Source of the DNA: a virus
Taxonomy: Duplodnaviria > Caudoviricetes
Virus record (IMG/VR): IMGVR_UViG_3300016654_000115
Location: 1 to 61,962 of that record
Reading direction: 5' to 3' (one strand)
DNA length: 61,962 nucleotides
How positions within the stretch are numbered: the stretch's first letter is position 1; the number at the start of each line of letters is the position of its first letter. A program made the position numbers and the translations under genes. This document shows positions 29,280 to 37,534 of the stretch, in pieces. Under the pieces are notes generated by a model. That model did no database searches, was not told the DNA's origin, and saw only the letters and a list, made by a program, of their open reading frames with translations.

Positions 29280-29732
29280 TCAGTCCCACAACGCTTGGTA
29301 ATATTTGCCAAAAAGTCGCAGACCGTTTTTGATTCGCGCGTGATGGGCGTCTAAACCTTCACGATCAACCGTGATTTGAGCAAGCTGATCCATAGCAGGG
29401 GCTAATTTATCCACACCGGAGTCGTCAAAAAACTTGCTGTCGCCTTCGATCAACGCGTCAAAGGTCCAGATCATTTCATCGAGAATGTAGTCCCAGCGTT
29501 TAAAGTGATTGGAATCTACGTCGCCGTCCTCTGCATCTTTGGCGTCTTGCAGTTCTTTTGGTACGTCGTCGTCATCGGTTGCTGGCGCACCGTGTTTCGT
29601 GGCTTTCAGTTGCTTCAACATCGGCGCAATAATTAGGGCTAACGTGGTGTCCATGTTCCACGTGTCCCACTTGTCTATATTGATGCTGACCTCGCGCTCA
29701 TCATCGGTGTATTCACCAATATGCACCTTCAT
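29280..29732 (-). CDS. Conserved phage hypothetical protein
   Basis: IDKWDTW.MD.TLA.II.PMLKQLK..KHG.P...LFGKYY..LWD. Confidence 0.75.
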   Translation of the reverse strand: MKVHIGEYTDDEREVSINIDKWDTWNMDTTLALIIAPMLKQLKATKHGAPATDDDDVPKELQDAKDAEDGDVDSNHFKRWDYILDEMIWTFDALIEGDSKFFDDSGVDKLAPAMDQLAQITVDREGLDAHHARIKNGLRLFGKYYQALWD

Positions 29733-29847
29733 TTTTCTCTCCTGTCAAATTTTTTTTCATGTCATTAATTATCAACAACCCGCCAATTATCCATGGAAGG
29801 ATAACTAACAAACAAAAAACCAGCATGATCCAGTCAATTGTTAGCAT
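29713..29847 (-). CDS. 44-aa membrane peptide (not in ORF track)
   Basis: MLTIDWIMLVFCLLVILPWIIGGLLII... Confidence 0.45.
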   Translation of the reverse strand: MLTIDWIMLVFCLLVILPWIIGGLLIINDMKKNLTGEKNEGAYW

Positions 29848-29993
29848 GATTTGTAAGCCTTTGGATTTAATCTCAGCATAAGCCGGGCCTTGCGGAAAGT
29901 TTTTTCCAAATGATTTAATGTTGTATGTGATGCCGGAACATATTTAAACTTGGGGTCAGAAATACTTCTAAGAGGCATTGTTGGTTTTTTCAT
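29841..29993 (-). CDS. 50-aa hypothetical protein (not in ORF track)
   Basis: SISDPKFKYVPA...KTFRKAR; fills a gap in the cluster. Confidence 0.5.
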   Translation of the reverse strand: MKKPTMPLRSISDPKFKYVPASHTTLNHLEKTFRKARLMLRLNPKAYKSC

Positions 29994-30195
29994 TTTCCAT
30001 GTACCCTTTCATTTTGGAGCCAATCCAGAACCCATCTTTATTTAGAGCCATCCCATCCTCAATCATTTCTTCCTCTGTTTTACACCGCCTGTCTATCCCG
30101 TATTTTCCCGTGCGGTGTTTTTCAAATGCGCCGGTGCTGTTGAAGTATTTCTTGCAGGCGGCGCATTGATTGTGATTGCCCCTAAGCAGTTTCAT
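29968..30195 (-). CDS. Zn-binding FDXHR-type phage protein
   Basis: QCAAC..YF.S..AFEKHRTG....R.C. Confidence 0.7.
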   Translation of the reverse strand: MKLLRGNHNQCAACKKYFNSTGAFEKHRTGKYGIDRRCKTEEEMIEDGMALNKDGFWIGSKMKGYMENEKTNNAS

Positions 30196-30493
30196 TGATT
30201 GCCTCAGACAATTTGATTTCTGCCAAGGATGCCTCAATCAACTCTGCAAACGATTTTCCTGAAGGAAAACGCATTTGCGCGGCGGTGCAGTTGTTGACCT
30301 TTTTAATTGATGCGTCCACAGCATCGTTCCAACCGCTGACGTATCTGTCTCCCTCAACAACCCTTGCGTTGATGGCCTCCCGAACAATCATGCTCATTGG
30401 CATATTTTGAGATTTTGAAAACTTTTTTAGCTTGGCGTATTCTTTTTCCCCAAGATATGCCATGAATGGTTTAAATTTAACCGAATGGGTCAT
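30182..30493 (-). CDS. Ribbon-helix-helix (CopG-like) DNA-binding protein
   Basis: FMAYL....Y.KL......MS.IVREAI. Confidence 0.6.
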   Translation of the reverse strand: MTHSVKFKPFMAYLGEKEYAKLKKFSKSQNMPMSMIVREAINARVVEGDRYVSGWNDAVDASIKKVNNCTAAQMRFPSGKSFAELIEASLAEIKLSEAINETA

Positions 30494-30863
30494 ATTCTTC
30501 CTCGTAATTTTTAGAAATAACATCAAACCTTTCTTGTGCTTTTCTGTTGCCGTTCAGTTCTGACCTTGACTCAATGCCAAGTCTCAGGCAGAGATTGATG
30601 GCGGCCTCCTCCTCCGATGCGACCCCCAGCCACTCCTGAAAAGACATGTCCCTGCAAAGCATCGCCGCCCTCTGAACCCTGTTGTTATATGATTTGGCGG
30701 ACTCATCGTCCTCAATCCTTACCATGGCACAGCCATACCGCGCCCCAACAAAGTCCCGGAACATTTCCTCAGGCAGTTCATCGGGGTGAATTGCCAAGGT
30801 CAGAATAAAACCGTTGCGGTCCTGCTTTAAAGCAATCTTTCTTGCCTCAAACTGAAGTGCCAT
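30477..30863 (-). CDS. Hypothetical protein
   Basis: Coupled ORF, GI.SRSEL motif. Confidence 0.6.
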   Translation of the reverse strand: MALQFEARKIALKQDRNGFILTLAIHPDELPEEMFRDFVGARYGCAMVRIEDDESAKSYNNRVQRAAMLCRDMSFQEWLGVASEEEAAINLCLRLGIESRSELNGNRKAQERFDVISKNYEEEYDPFG

Positions 30864-31140
30864 TTTGAGAGTCCTTCAAACCAAGCTGATGCTCCAGATA
30901 TGAAATTACAAATTTGTAACCCATGATTTGGTTTTTTAGCTGTTTAATAACCAAACTATCGGCGGAAATAACCTCTCGCAGAATATTTTGCCCTTGCGAT
31001 ATTTCAGTCTTTGGTTTTTGCAATTGGCTTTTTATTTGGTAAATCAAGGCGCTATTGCATTTGACTTGTTTTGCAATCTCCGATGTTTTGATTTTCGGAT
31101 TGGCTTTAAGCAACTCTCGAATGCGATCTGATTTGGTCAT
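30847..31140 (-). CDS. HTH DNA-binding protein
   Basis: KSDRIRELL..NP....EIAKQV....L.Y; RBS AGGAGAGA. Confidence 0.6.
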   Translation of the reverse strand: MTKSDRIRELLKANPKIKTSEIAKQVKCNSALIYQIKSQLQKPKTEISQGQNILREVISADSLVIKQLKNQIMGYKFVISYLEHQLGLKDSQNGTSV

Positions 31141-31150
31141 GGTTCTCTCC

Positions 31151-31411
31151 TTAAAACTCATCTTCTTCCCTCTGCTGGGAGGGGGGGGATTGGCGGTTGA
31201 CAGACAGAGACAGGTAGGTTGCGCCTGTCTTGCTGACCTTCTTCCAGCCAGAAATCTTGTAAATATGCAAGCCGTTCTCAATCGTCACATTGGACAAGTC
31301 CTTGGGGTTGATCGCAATCTCCCCCCAGTAGTCCGGTGAATTCTGGGTCCTCTTGGACTGTGACGCCATGAGGCGTCCACTATCTGGCTTTTGCTCAAAC
31401 TTCCGATCCAT
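31151..31411 (-). CDS. Putative ssDNA-binding protein (DUF736-like)
   Basis: G.L...K....PDY.G.I...ISGW.K......YLSLSV; acidic tail EEDEF. Confidence 0.65.
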   Translation of the reverse strand: MDRKFEQKPDSGRLMASQSKRTQNSPDYWGEIAINPKDLSNVTIENGLHIYKISGWKKVSKTGATYLSLSVNRQSPPSQQREEDEF

Positions 31412-32159
31412 CTTGCTTCTCCTGTTTAAATGAATCCTTCTTTGCGGTGAAGGCATCCCGAACCTCGGCAAACCAGTCTGGGTGACTGACCTTGAGGCTA
31501 TCTAGTTGGCCTTGATTGGCCTTCCAGTACGCACGCAGTCCCTTCTCATCCTTGCAGATGGACAGATACTGCTTCATCCCGTCGCAAAACAGACGGGCAT
31601 TCGCAACCTTCGCGTCCCCGCCTTCTGCGACCGTTTGGATGGCGGTGGCTATCGCAGCCTCAACCGCCTCTTTCGCAGCTTCTGGGACGGACGGCGAAGC
31701 CTCTGGCAGGTCTTCCCCCGCATAGATGTACAGGCCGAGCCCGAACAGACTCAGGCACTTGGTCATGCACCGCATCAGGGCAGTGTTGACCTGAAAGGAG
31801 TCTGGGTTGGGGATGGATTTGTTCCGGTGATCCATCACCGGCAGAAAGCATTCCCGGGTCACGCCCCGCAGGGTCACAGAAACAAACACCATCCCTGTGC
31901 CACCCGGCAGGGACATGTACGGCAGTTCCGTGTACTCGTCGTGTTTAAATGTCCTGACATGGAATGTCGCTGCCGGGTCGGCCTTCAGAGCCTCCGCCCA
32001 AGCCCACGCCCACGAGAGATAGGTCAGTCCCTGCTTCTTTTCCGTCTTTTCATTGACGTTAACCTTGAGCAGAGTAATCTCTAAATTGTTCGCACCACTG
32101 CGCAACCCCGCAGTAGTTTCCAATACATCGCTTGGGCTCTCCAAGACGGGTTTCGACAT
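31395..32159 (-). CDS. Sak3/DUF1071-like single-strand annealing recombinase
   Basis: EKK.GLTYLSWAWAW, LPVMD.RN, RC.TK....GLGLYIYAGEDLP; RBS AGGAGA. Confidence 0.85.
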   Translation of the reverse strand: MSKPVLESPSDVLETTAGLRSGANNLEITLLKVNVNEKTEKKQGLTYLSWAWAWAEALKADPAATFHVRTFKHDEYTELPYMSLPGGTGMVFVSVTLRGVTRECFLPVMDHRNKSIPNPDSFQVNTALMRCMTKCLSLFGLGLYIYAGEDLPEASPSVPEAAKEAVEAAIATAIQTVAEGGDAKVANARLFCDGMKQYLSICKDEKGLRAYWKANQGQLDSLKVSHPDWFAEVRDAFTAKKDSFKQEKQDGSEV

Positions 32160-32922
32160 AGCCTTTCTCCTTTTCGGCCAACTCGTTGGCCTCTTCAATG
32201 GTTTTAAACAAACGAATGGCAGTTTTCCTGCCCTGCTTTTTGACTGCATACACAGCCTCTGACATCCACCTCTCTGAGTCTGAACAAAGTTGAAGGGGCT
32301 CCCCAAGGTCGTGGCTGACCTTGGCCTCTCTGTGCATGTCAAGCCTCTCCCGGATGTATGTTTCTGCGGACACGATGTCCCACCTTGGGATGTCAATCAT
32401 GCATATCGGTGCCTGCGGGTATCCCTCCCTGATTTCGTGGCGCGAAAAATCTCTGACAAGGGCACAGATTTTCAAACCACAGACAGGAACCTTTTTTACA
32501 ACCTCAACCAACCATTTATAGACGTTTAACTGCTGAATCCAATCCTCCTTTGTGTTCATCACAGACCAAGCGGAGGTGAACTTGTAGTCAATCAAAACTA
32601 CGCCGCCCTCCACCTTCTGCTGGAGATCAATCGCTCCACTAATCGTTACACCGTCGATGCTTGCGAAGAGTCTTTCCTCGGTGATGTAGTTGGGGGTCTG
32701 GCCCCTCTCCATGACCACATGGAGTGCGGAACCCATCATCGACCACAGCATGTCCGAAACATCCTGCTCGATGACATCGTTGTACTGCTCACGCAGCCTT
32801 CTTATCCTTGGGGGCGACATCAACTCGGTGACGCTGTACTGGGAGGCCCCCTTGGTGTAGTATTCCTTTCCCGCCAGCGTCAGCAGCGGCTCCGGCACCC
32901 CATGCTTGTTGGTGATCTTCAT
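32059..32922 (-). CDS. PD-(D/E)XK (Cas4/RecB-like) exonuclease
   Basis: SVT.L, G.A.H, E, SG.ID, IDYK.T, QLN.Y; C-terminal Cys cluster. Confidence 0.8.
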   Translation of the reverse strand: MKITNKHGVPEPLLTLAGKEYYTKGASQYSVTELMSPPRIRRLREQYNDVIEQDVSDMLWSMMGSALHVVMERGQTPNYITEERLFASIDGVTISGAIDLQQKVEGGVVLIDYKFTSAWSVMNTKEDWIQQLNVYKWLVEVVKKVPVCGLKICALVRDFSRHEIREGYPQAPICMIDIPRWDIVSAETYIRERLDMHREAKVSHDLGEPLQLCSDSERWMSEAVYAVKKQGRKTAIRLFKTIEEANELAEKEKGYVETRLGEPKRCIGNYCGVAQWCEQFRDYSAQG

Positions 32923-32941
32923 TGTTTCTCCGAGGTCATGC

Positions 32942-33400
32942 ATGAATAATAGTGATAGTGCGAACGAATTGCAAGCCCTTGTGCAAGTAATTTACGGCGA
33001 ACCAGCTTCAAAAAGTAACAGCAGGAGGGTTGTCAAGTTCGGAGGCATGCCCCGCCTCATCAAGAGTGAAAAGGCACTGACCTACTCCGACACATTCAGA
33101 GAGCAATGCACACAACTTGCAACATTGATGTCGGGCGATCTGCGGGTTACTCTGCACATTTACTATGCCTCTCGAAGGCCCGATCTCGACGAGACATTGA
33201 TTCTGGATTTGATGCAGGGGCTGATCTACCACAACGACAGGCAGGTCAAGGAGCGCCACACCTACTGGCACCTCGACCCAGAGACGCCCCGCTCGGAGAT
33301 TCTGATTGAGAAAATCCCGGAGGTTGCGCCCGAAAAAAAGCCCCGGTCCAGCCGGGGCAAAGTCTCTAGGAGAGAGACGCCCGAAGCCGGGCCCGAATAA
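32942..33400 (+). CDS. RusA-like Holliday junction resolvase (start uncertain)
   Basis: GEP.SK.N, RRPDLD....D......NDRQV. Confidence 0.75.
   Translation: MNNSDSANELQALVQVIYGEPASKSNSRRVVKFGGMPRLIKSEKALTYSDTFREQCTQLATLMSGDLRVTLHIYYASRRPDLDETLILDLMQGLIYHNDRQVKERHTYWHLDPETPRSEILIEKIPEVAPEKKPRSSRGKVSRRETPEAGPE
33333..33358 (-). terminator. Intrinsic terminator on the minus strand
   Basis: GCCCCGG/CCGGGGC stem followed by T7 on the minus strand. Confidence 0.7.
33333..33392 (-). ncRNA. Predicted three-hairpin sRNA of about 60 nt with an anti-SD loop
   Basis: Extended -10 TGGTACATT (33399-33407, minus); hairpins GCCCG/CGGGC and GTCTCT-CTCCT-AGAGAC, then the terminator. Confidence 0.5.
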
Positions 33401-33409
33401 TGTACCACA

Positions 33410-33426
33410 GGCTCACCGGGTGAGCC
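33410..33426. promoter_or_regulatory. Palindrome GGCTCAC-CGG-GTGAGCC between divergent promoters
   Basis: Perfect 7-bp inverted repeat in the intergenic region. Confidence 0.4.
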
Positions 33427-33483
33427 ACAGTTAAACCTGTGTCTTGGTTCTTACAATCACATAAAAGGTAACAATTTTTCCCG

Positions 33484-33512
33484 TTGACGGGGGGTTCCCG
33501 TCGGCGCAGAAT
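33484..33512 (+). promoter_or_regulatory. sigma70-type promoter TTGACG-N17-CAGAAT
   Basis: Correct spacing; upstream of the structured RNA and replication genes. Confidence 0.55.
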
Positions 33513-33518
33513 GAAGTT

Positions 33519-33745
33519 TGGCGCAAGCCCGTACTCCGCACGTTAGCAGGGGCCGCAAGTGGGGCCGCCCGGAAGAAAACCGCGACACCGTATGCCTTAG
33601 GGCTAGGGGGCAGTTCCCGAACAACCGGTGGGGCTAGTCGAATCTGCAAGCCCGGGGGTTTCGAGAGAAACATGCAGATGCCTTAACAGGCGGGCGACCT
33701 CTTCCTCTCCGTTTACACGGGGTAGGGGGAGTCTTTGAGGCGACC
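33519..33745 (+). ncRNA. Candidate structured RNA or long leader (about 230 nt)
   Basis: Helices 33561-71/33691-701, ATCTGCA/TGCAGAT, GTTTC-GAGA-GAAAC and a 3' hairpin; no credible ORF. Confidence 0.5.
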
Positions 33746-33765
33746 GATGTAAAACTAAGGATACG

Positions 33766-34266
33766 ATGGATGTCTTGACCCCCGCCGGGATAAAAACCCT
33801 TGAGGATGAAGAGAGGGCAAAACAGATATTTGAATGTCACTATCCATCATTCAAATATATACATACACCAAAGGATCAGCCATCTGATATTGATGCAATA
33901 CTAATTGATCAAAACAGGGTGCGCGGCGTTATTGAAACCAAATGTCGCTATGACGTCACCCTTGAAGAATTCAATACAAAGTACAAGGCCTCATGGTTGA
34001 TTACCTTTGACAAGGTTTTAAAGGCCAAGGCTCTAGCAGATGGTCTCAGGGTTCCTTTGTACGGATTTTTGTATTTAAAACAATCAGATGTTTTAATGGT
34101 TACGAAAATATATTCTGACGGGGCATTTCTCAGGAAAATATTCATTGACAACACCCTTACCCAAAAAACCGTAAACGGGGGGCAGATTGTTAGAACCAAC
34201 GCATACATTGACATGGCGGGCGTCAATGTATACAAATTTCAAGATAAAAACAGAGGATTCCAATGA
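33766..34266 (+). CDS. PD-(D/E)XK-family endonuclease-like protein
   Basis: S.ID.......IETKCR motif. Confidence 0.6.
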   Translation: MDVLTPAGIKTLEDEERAKQIFECHYPSFKYIHTPKDQPSDIDAILIDQNRVRGVIETKCRYDVTLEEFNTKYKASWLITFDKVLKAKALADGLRVPLYGFLYLKQSDVLMVTKIYSDGAFLRKIFIDNTLTQKTVNGGQIVRTNAYIDMAGVNVYKFQDKNRGFQ

Positions 34267-34511
34267 GGGATTACAAATCTGAATACAAAAACTATGATGG
34301 CACAGATGCCGTCAAGAAGAAGAGGGCCCAGAGAAACAAGGCCCGCCGGATGATGGAGAGGGAGGGTGCCGTACACAAGGGGGATGGGAAGGATGTTGAC
34401 CACAAGACCCCCCTCAGCAAGGGCGGTACAACCGCCCGATCCAATCTCAGGGTCAAGAACTCCTCATCCAACAGGAGTTACCCGAGAACATCCTCCGGTT
34501 CAATCAAATGA
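34263..34511 (+). CDS. Small HNH endonuclease
   Basis: GKDVDH..PLSKGG.....NLRV.....NRS. Confidence 0.8.
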   Translation: MRDYKSEYKNYDGTDAVKKKRAQRNKARRMMEREGAVHKGDGKDVDHKTPLSKGGTTARSNLRVKNSSSNRSYPRTSSGSIK

Positions 34512-36190
34512 TTGCATTTGATGATTTCCCGGGCGATTTTGCCCGGGTTGTCTGTCCATTCTGTGCGGGGGACAGAAAGAAATCAAGGCTAAAGGAAATG
34601 GCCCTGAGCCGCCGCCCCGACGGGGCTATCCTCTATTTTTGTCATCACTGCGAGGCAAGCGGGTCGGTCCAGCCACGCAAGCAGGAGTTTAAATTGTCGG
34701 CAGTTCCATCACTCACTATTGTTTCAAAGCAATTGACAGATCGCCACTATGCCTATCTTTCAAAGAGAGGAATATCCAAAGAAACGGCAGATAAAGCAAA
34801 GTTATTTGCGGCAGAGAAATATTTCAATCGGTTGGGAAAACAGGCAGATGCAATAGGCTTTCCATATTACAGGAAGGGGGCTCTGGTTTCGGCGAAATAC
34901 AGGTCATTCCCAGATAAAGATTTCACACAGGATTCTGGGGGAGCCCATGATTTTTTCAACATCGACAACATTGACCCGACACAGCCCCTGATTATTGTTG
35001 AGGGTGAGATTGATTGTTTAACCGTTATTGAGGCCGGGCTCACTAATGTTGTTAGTGTTCCGGGCGGGGCGCCCATCAAGGTGGCGGATGGAAAGGTTCT
35101 TCCCAGCGAAGACAAGAAGTTTGCCTTTGTCTGGAATGCAAGAGAGGTTATTGATCAGGTTCCATCTGTTATTTTGGCAACAGATCAGGATGGGCCGGGG
35201 CAGGCTCTGGCGGAGGAACTGGCAAGAAGGATTGGAAAAGAGAAATGCAGGATAGCCAAGTTCGACAGAAAAGATTTGAATGAGGTTCTGCTCGACGATG
35301 ACCCAACACAGGATAGCAAGGAAAAGATCAAGGAGATTATTGACGGGGCAACCCCCTACCCCATCTCCGGCCTGTCGGAGGCCAACACCTACCTTGATCG
35401 TTTAAATGATTTATTTGCAAAGGGAACAGGCAAGGGGTTTTCCACCGGCTATCAATCGCTCGACACCATTTACACCGTTGCGCCCGGGCAACTGACTGTC
35501 GTTACAGGTTACCCCTCATCGGGTAAGAGCAACTTCGTAGACCAGTTGATGGTCAACCTAGCGACCCGGGATCAGTGGAAGTTCGCGGTTGCGTCCTTCG
35601 AGAATCAACCCGAGATACACATCACCCGACTGATGGAGATCAAGACCCGCAAAAGATTCTTTGACGGTAGGGAGAGGATGGATCAACCGGAGATGCAGGA
35701 TGCATTTAAATGGGTAGATGACCATTTCCTTTTTATCGATTCTGCGGGCGAGGAACCAAATACCCTCGATTCAATCCTTGAGCGGGCAAGGGCGTCGGTT
35801 AAACGCATGGGAATCAGGGGTATGGTTATTGACCCCTACAACTACATCGACCTTCCAAGGGATGGGACAGAGACCGAGGCTATCAGTCACATGCTTACAC
35901 GGGTGCAGAAGTTCTGCAAGGCCAACGATGTACATGTCTGGTTTGTTGCTCACCCCGCAAAGATTCAGAGGAGCGGGACAGACCAACCGCGCCCGGACGG
36001 TATGAGCATCGCAGGATCAATGGCATGGTGGGCAAAGACGGACTGCGGCGTTACCGTGCATCGGCAGGATCAGTACGTCGAAATCGCGGTATGGAAATGC
36101 CGCTACAGGTGGGTAGGGACGCAGGGTGAAACGACCCTTCTCTACAACAAAACCTCGGGCACATACGCCGAGATTTTGGACATGTTTTAA
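34508..36190 (+). CDS. T7 gp4/Twinkle-like DNA primase-helicase
   Basis: CPFC/CHHC Zn finger, TOPRIM EGEID and DQD, Walker A GYPSSGKS, VIDPYN, VAHP. Confidence 0.92.
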   Translation: MIAFDDFPGDFARVVCPFCAGDRKKSRLKEMALSRRPDGAILYFCHHCEASGSVQPRKQEFKLSAVPSLTIVSKQLTDRHYAYLSKRGISKETADKAKLFAAEKYFNRLGKQADAIGFPYYRKGALVSAKYRSFPDKDFTQDSGGAHDFFNIDNIDPTQPLIIVEGEIDCLTVIEAGLTNVVSVPGGAPIKVADGKVLPSEDKKFAFVWNAREVIDQVPSVILATDQDGPGQALAEELARRIGKEKCRIAKFDRKDLNEVLLDDDPTQDSKEKIKEIIDGATPYPISGLSEANTYLDRLNDLFAKGTGKGFSTGYQSLDTIYTVAPGQLTVVTGYPSSGKSNFVDQLMVNLATRDQWKFAVASFENQPEIHITRLMEIKTRKRFFDGRERMDQPEMQDAFKWVDDHFLFIDSAGEEPNTLDSILERARASVKRMGIRGMVIDPYNYIDLPRDGTETEAISHMLTRVQKFCKANDVHVWFVAHPAKIQRSGTDQPRPDGMSIAGSMAWWAKTDCGVTVHRQDQYVEIAVWKCRYRWVGTQGETTLLYNKTSGTYAEILDMF

Positions 36191-36192
36191 AC

Positions 36193-36212
36193 AAGGTAAA
36201 AACTTTTACCTT
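36193..36212. promoter_or_regulatory. Perfect palindrome AAGGTAAAA-AC-TTTTACCTT
   Basis: 9-bp inverted repeat; a 16/20 copy lies at 33465-33484. Confidence 0.45.
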
Positions 36213-36244
36213 AAAGAGAAAGGGGGGCATAGCCCCCCCTTCTC
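36213..36244 (-). terminator. Intrinsic terminator between convergent units
   Basis: GGGGGGC-ATA-GCCCCCC stem; T-rich tail on the minus strand. Confidence 0.7.
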
Positions 36245-36359
36245 AATATGGCGCGTCGGGTATCTTGTCCCTCTGCCTGCGCTCGTACTCCCTTTGCTGT
36301 TTGGGTGTCCAAGGTATCGGACCACCCGGGGGCGGGAAAGGCCAGTTAAACGGCTGCAA
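36243..36359 (-). CDS. 38-aa WPFP-motif peptide (not in ORF track)
   Basis: NWPFPPPGGPIPWTPKQQREY...; TTG start uncertain. Confidence 0.45.
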   Translation of the reverse strand: MQPFNWPFPPPGGPIPWTPKQQREYERRQRDKIPDAPY

Positions 36360-36582
36360 GGTAGACCGCCCGGTAGATGGTTTGGGCAGACCCGACATGG
36401 GTACCCACCCTGCATGGTTGCATCCGCATTACCCTCCATAGCCCTGCGTTCCAAACAATGTAGCGTTCGCCCGGGGCAATGAACCGCTCATCGTTTTGCA
36501 GGTCGATCAGGTCATCAGCGGCATAGGCCACCTTCAAAAACGCAGGGTTGCGGTTGGTGATGGTCTTTATTTTGGTGAACAT
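36346..36582 (-). CDS. Hypothetical protein
   Basis: Abuts the upstream ORF in the early cluster. Confidence 0.5.
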   Translation of the reverse strand: MFTKIKTITNRNPAFLKVAYAADDLIDLQNDERFIAPGERYIVWNAGLWRVMRMQPCRVGTHVGSAQTIYRAVYLAAV

Positions 36583-36816
36583 TTAAACGACCTCAAACAT
36601 CTTGTCGTCGTCGTCAATGTCGTCAAGCACTCGACCGTCGATGGTTTGCGAAAGCATTTCCCATGCAGCATCCGCATGCTGCCGAGGCACTTGCAGGATC
36701 GGTGCGTGGAAAGATCGACCGTTGCGCCTGTGGGGAATTCCCTGCTTGTCAAGCATTCCCTCGATGTAGCGCAACTTCGGATCGTTGGTGCGTTTGCAAA
36801 AAGTTTCCCATGTCAT
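36583..36816 (-). CDS. Hypothetical protein
   Basis: RBS AGGAGA. Confidence 0.6.
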   Translation of the reverse strand: MTWETFCKRTNDPKLRYIEGMLDKQGIPHRRNGRSFHAPILQVPRQHADAAWEMLSQTIDGRVLDDIDDDDKMFEVV

Positions 36817-36849
36817 TTAAACATCTCCTTCTTAGACTACGGTCATCAA

Positions 36850-37080
36850 TTACGGGCGACCGTCAGACCCAACCCAACCCATCGCAACAGGGTCAAAGGG
36901 TTCTTCCTCATATTCGCAGTTCAGTACCTCATGTACCTGATATGCCCCCTCACCTACAGCGAACCCGTGCCGCTGCGCGTAGTCCATCGCTGCCTGCTCA
37001 GAATCGAACAGTCCATATACTTGCACCGGGGAGTGCGGGAAAAAGTGCAACACAACGAATTTGCCAGTTGTCTCGTCCAT
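36850..37080 (-). CDS. Hypothetical protein with C-terminal MGWVGSDGRP
   Basis: YG.FDS...A..YA; C-terminal motif shared with 37535-38209. Confidence 0.6.
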   Translation of the reverse strand: MDETTGKFVVLHFFPHSPVQVYGLFDSEQAAMDYAQRHGFAVGEGAYQVHEVLNCEYEEEPFDPVAMGWVGSDGRP

Positions 37081-37111
37081 GTTTAAACCTTTCATGTGAT
37101 GTCAAGGGATG

Positions 37112-37219
37112 TCAGGTGGTCCACCAGTAGACCGCCGCAACAGCGATGCCGATGCCGATGGCAATCGCAAGCAAAAAATCCATTGCCGCCTCGGCGCGGC
37201 GCAGTGCAGGGTGTTTCAT
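37112..37219 (-). CDS. 35-aa membrane peptide (not in ORF track)
   Basis: DFLLAIAIGIGIAVAAVYWW; ATGA overlap with the upstream gene. Confidence 0.55.
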   Translation of the reverse strand: MKHPALRRAEAAMDFLLAIAIGIGIAVAAVYWWTT

Positions 37220-37509
37220 AGCCCCTCCGGAACGTCTACCTCGTCACCGAGGCGGGATGCAACGTAGCAGCGCATGGCTGCAATCAGGGGAGTAGGCCCA
37301 CTCTGTAGGCCAGCGGCCCACCCACGCTCGTTTCCCAAGGGGAAAACGCCAATTCCCTCACGCTCGATGATTGGGCCACCGATAGCCCAACTGGTAGAAG
37401 GCTTGAAGGTGTAGTACCCGTCCGGGGCTAGATCAAACTCAACCCCTTCACACTTCGCCACTGCCCAATCGAGCGCGGTATCTGTCAGTTCACTTGTCTT
37501 GATCTTCAT
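37216..37509 (-). CDS. NinX/DUF2591-like protein
   Basis: ALDWAVAK, PST.W..GGPIIERE, GPTPLIAAMRCYV. Confidence 0.75.
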   Translation of the reverse strand: MKIKTSELTDTALDWAVAKCEGVEFDLAPDGYYTFKPSTSWAIGGPIIEREGIGVFPLGNERGWAAGLQSGPTPLIAAMRCYVASRLGDEVDVPEGL

Positions 37510-37534
37510 TGCTTCTCTCCTTCTTGGTTACAAA

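Noticed and set aside
29407-29415. Isolated perfect DnaA box TTATCCACA
   Set aside because: A single 9-mer inside a CDS is expected by chance
32059-32922. Cas4-like nuclease as evidence of CRISPR
   Set aside because: It sits with Sak3 and SSB-like genes in a recombination module; no array was found
33431-33840. Minus-strand ORFs of 80 and 68 aa over the structured region
   Set aside because: No RBS or recognisable motif; better explained as non-coding RNA and overlap with the 33766 gene
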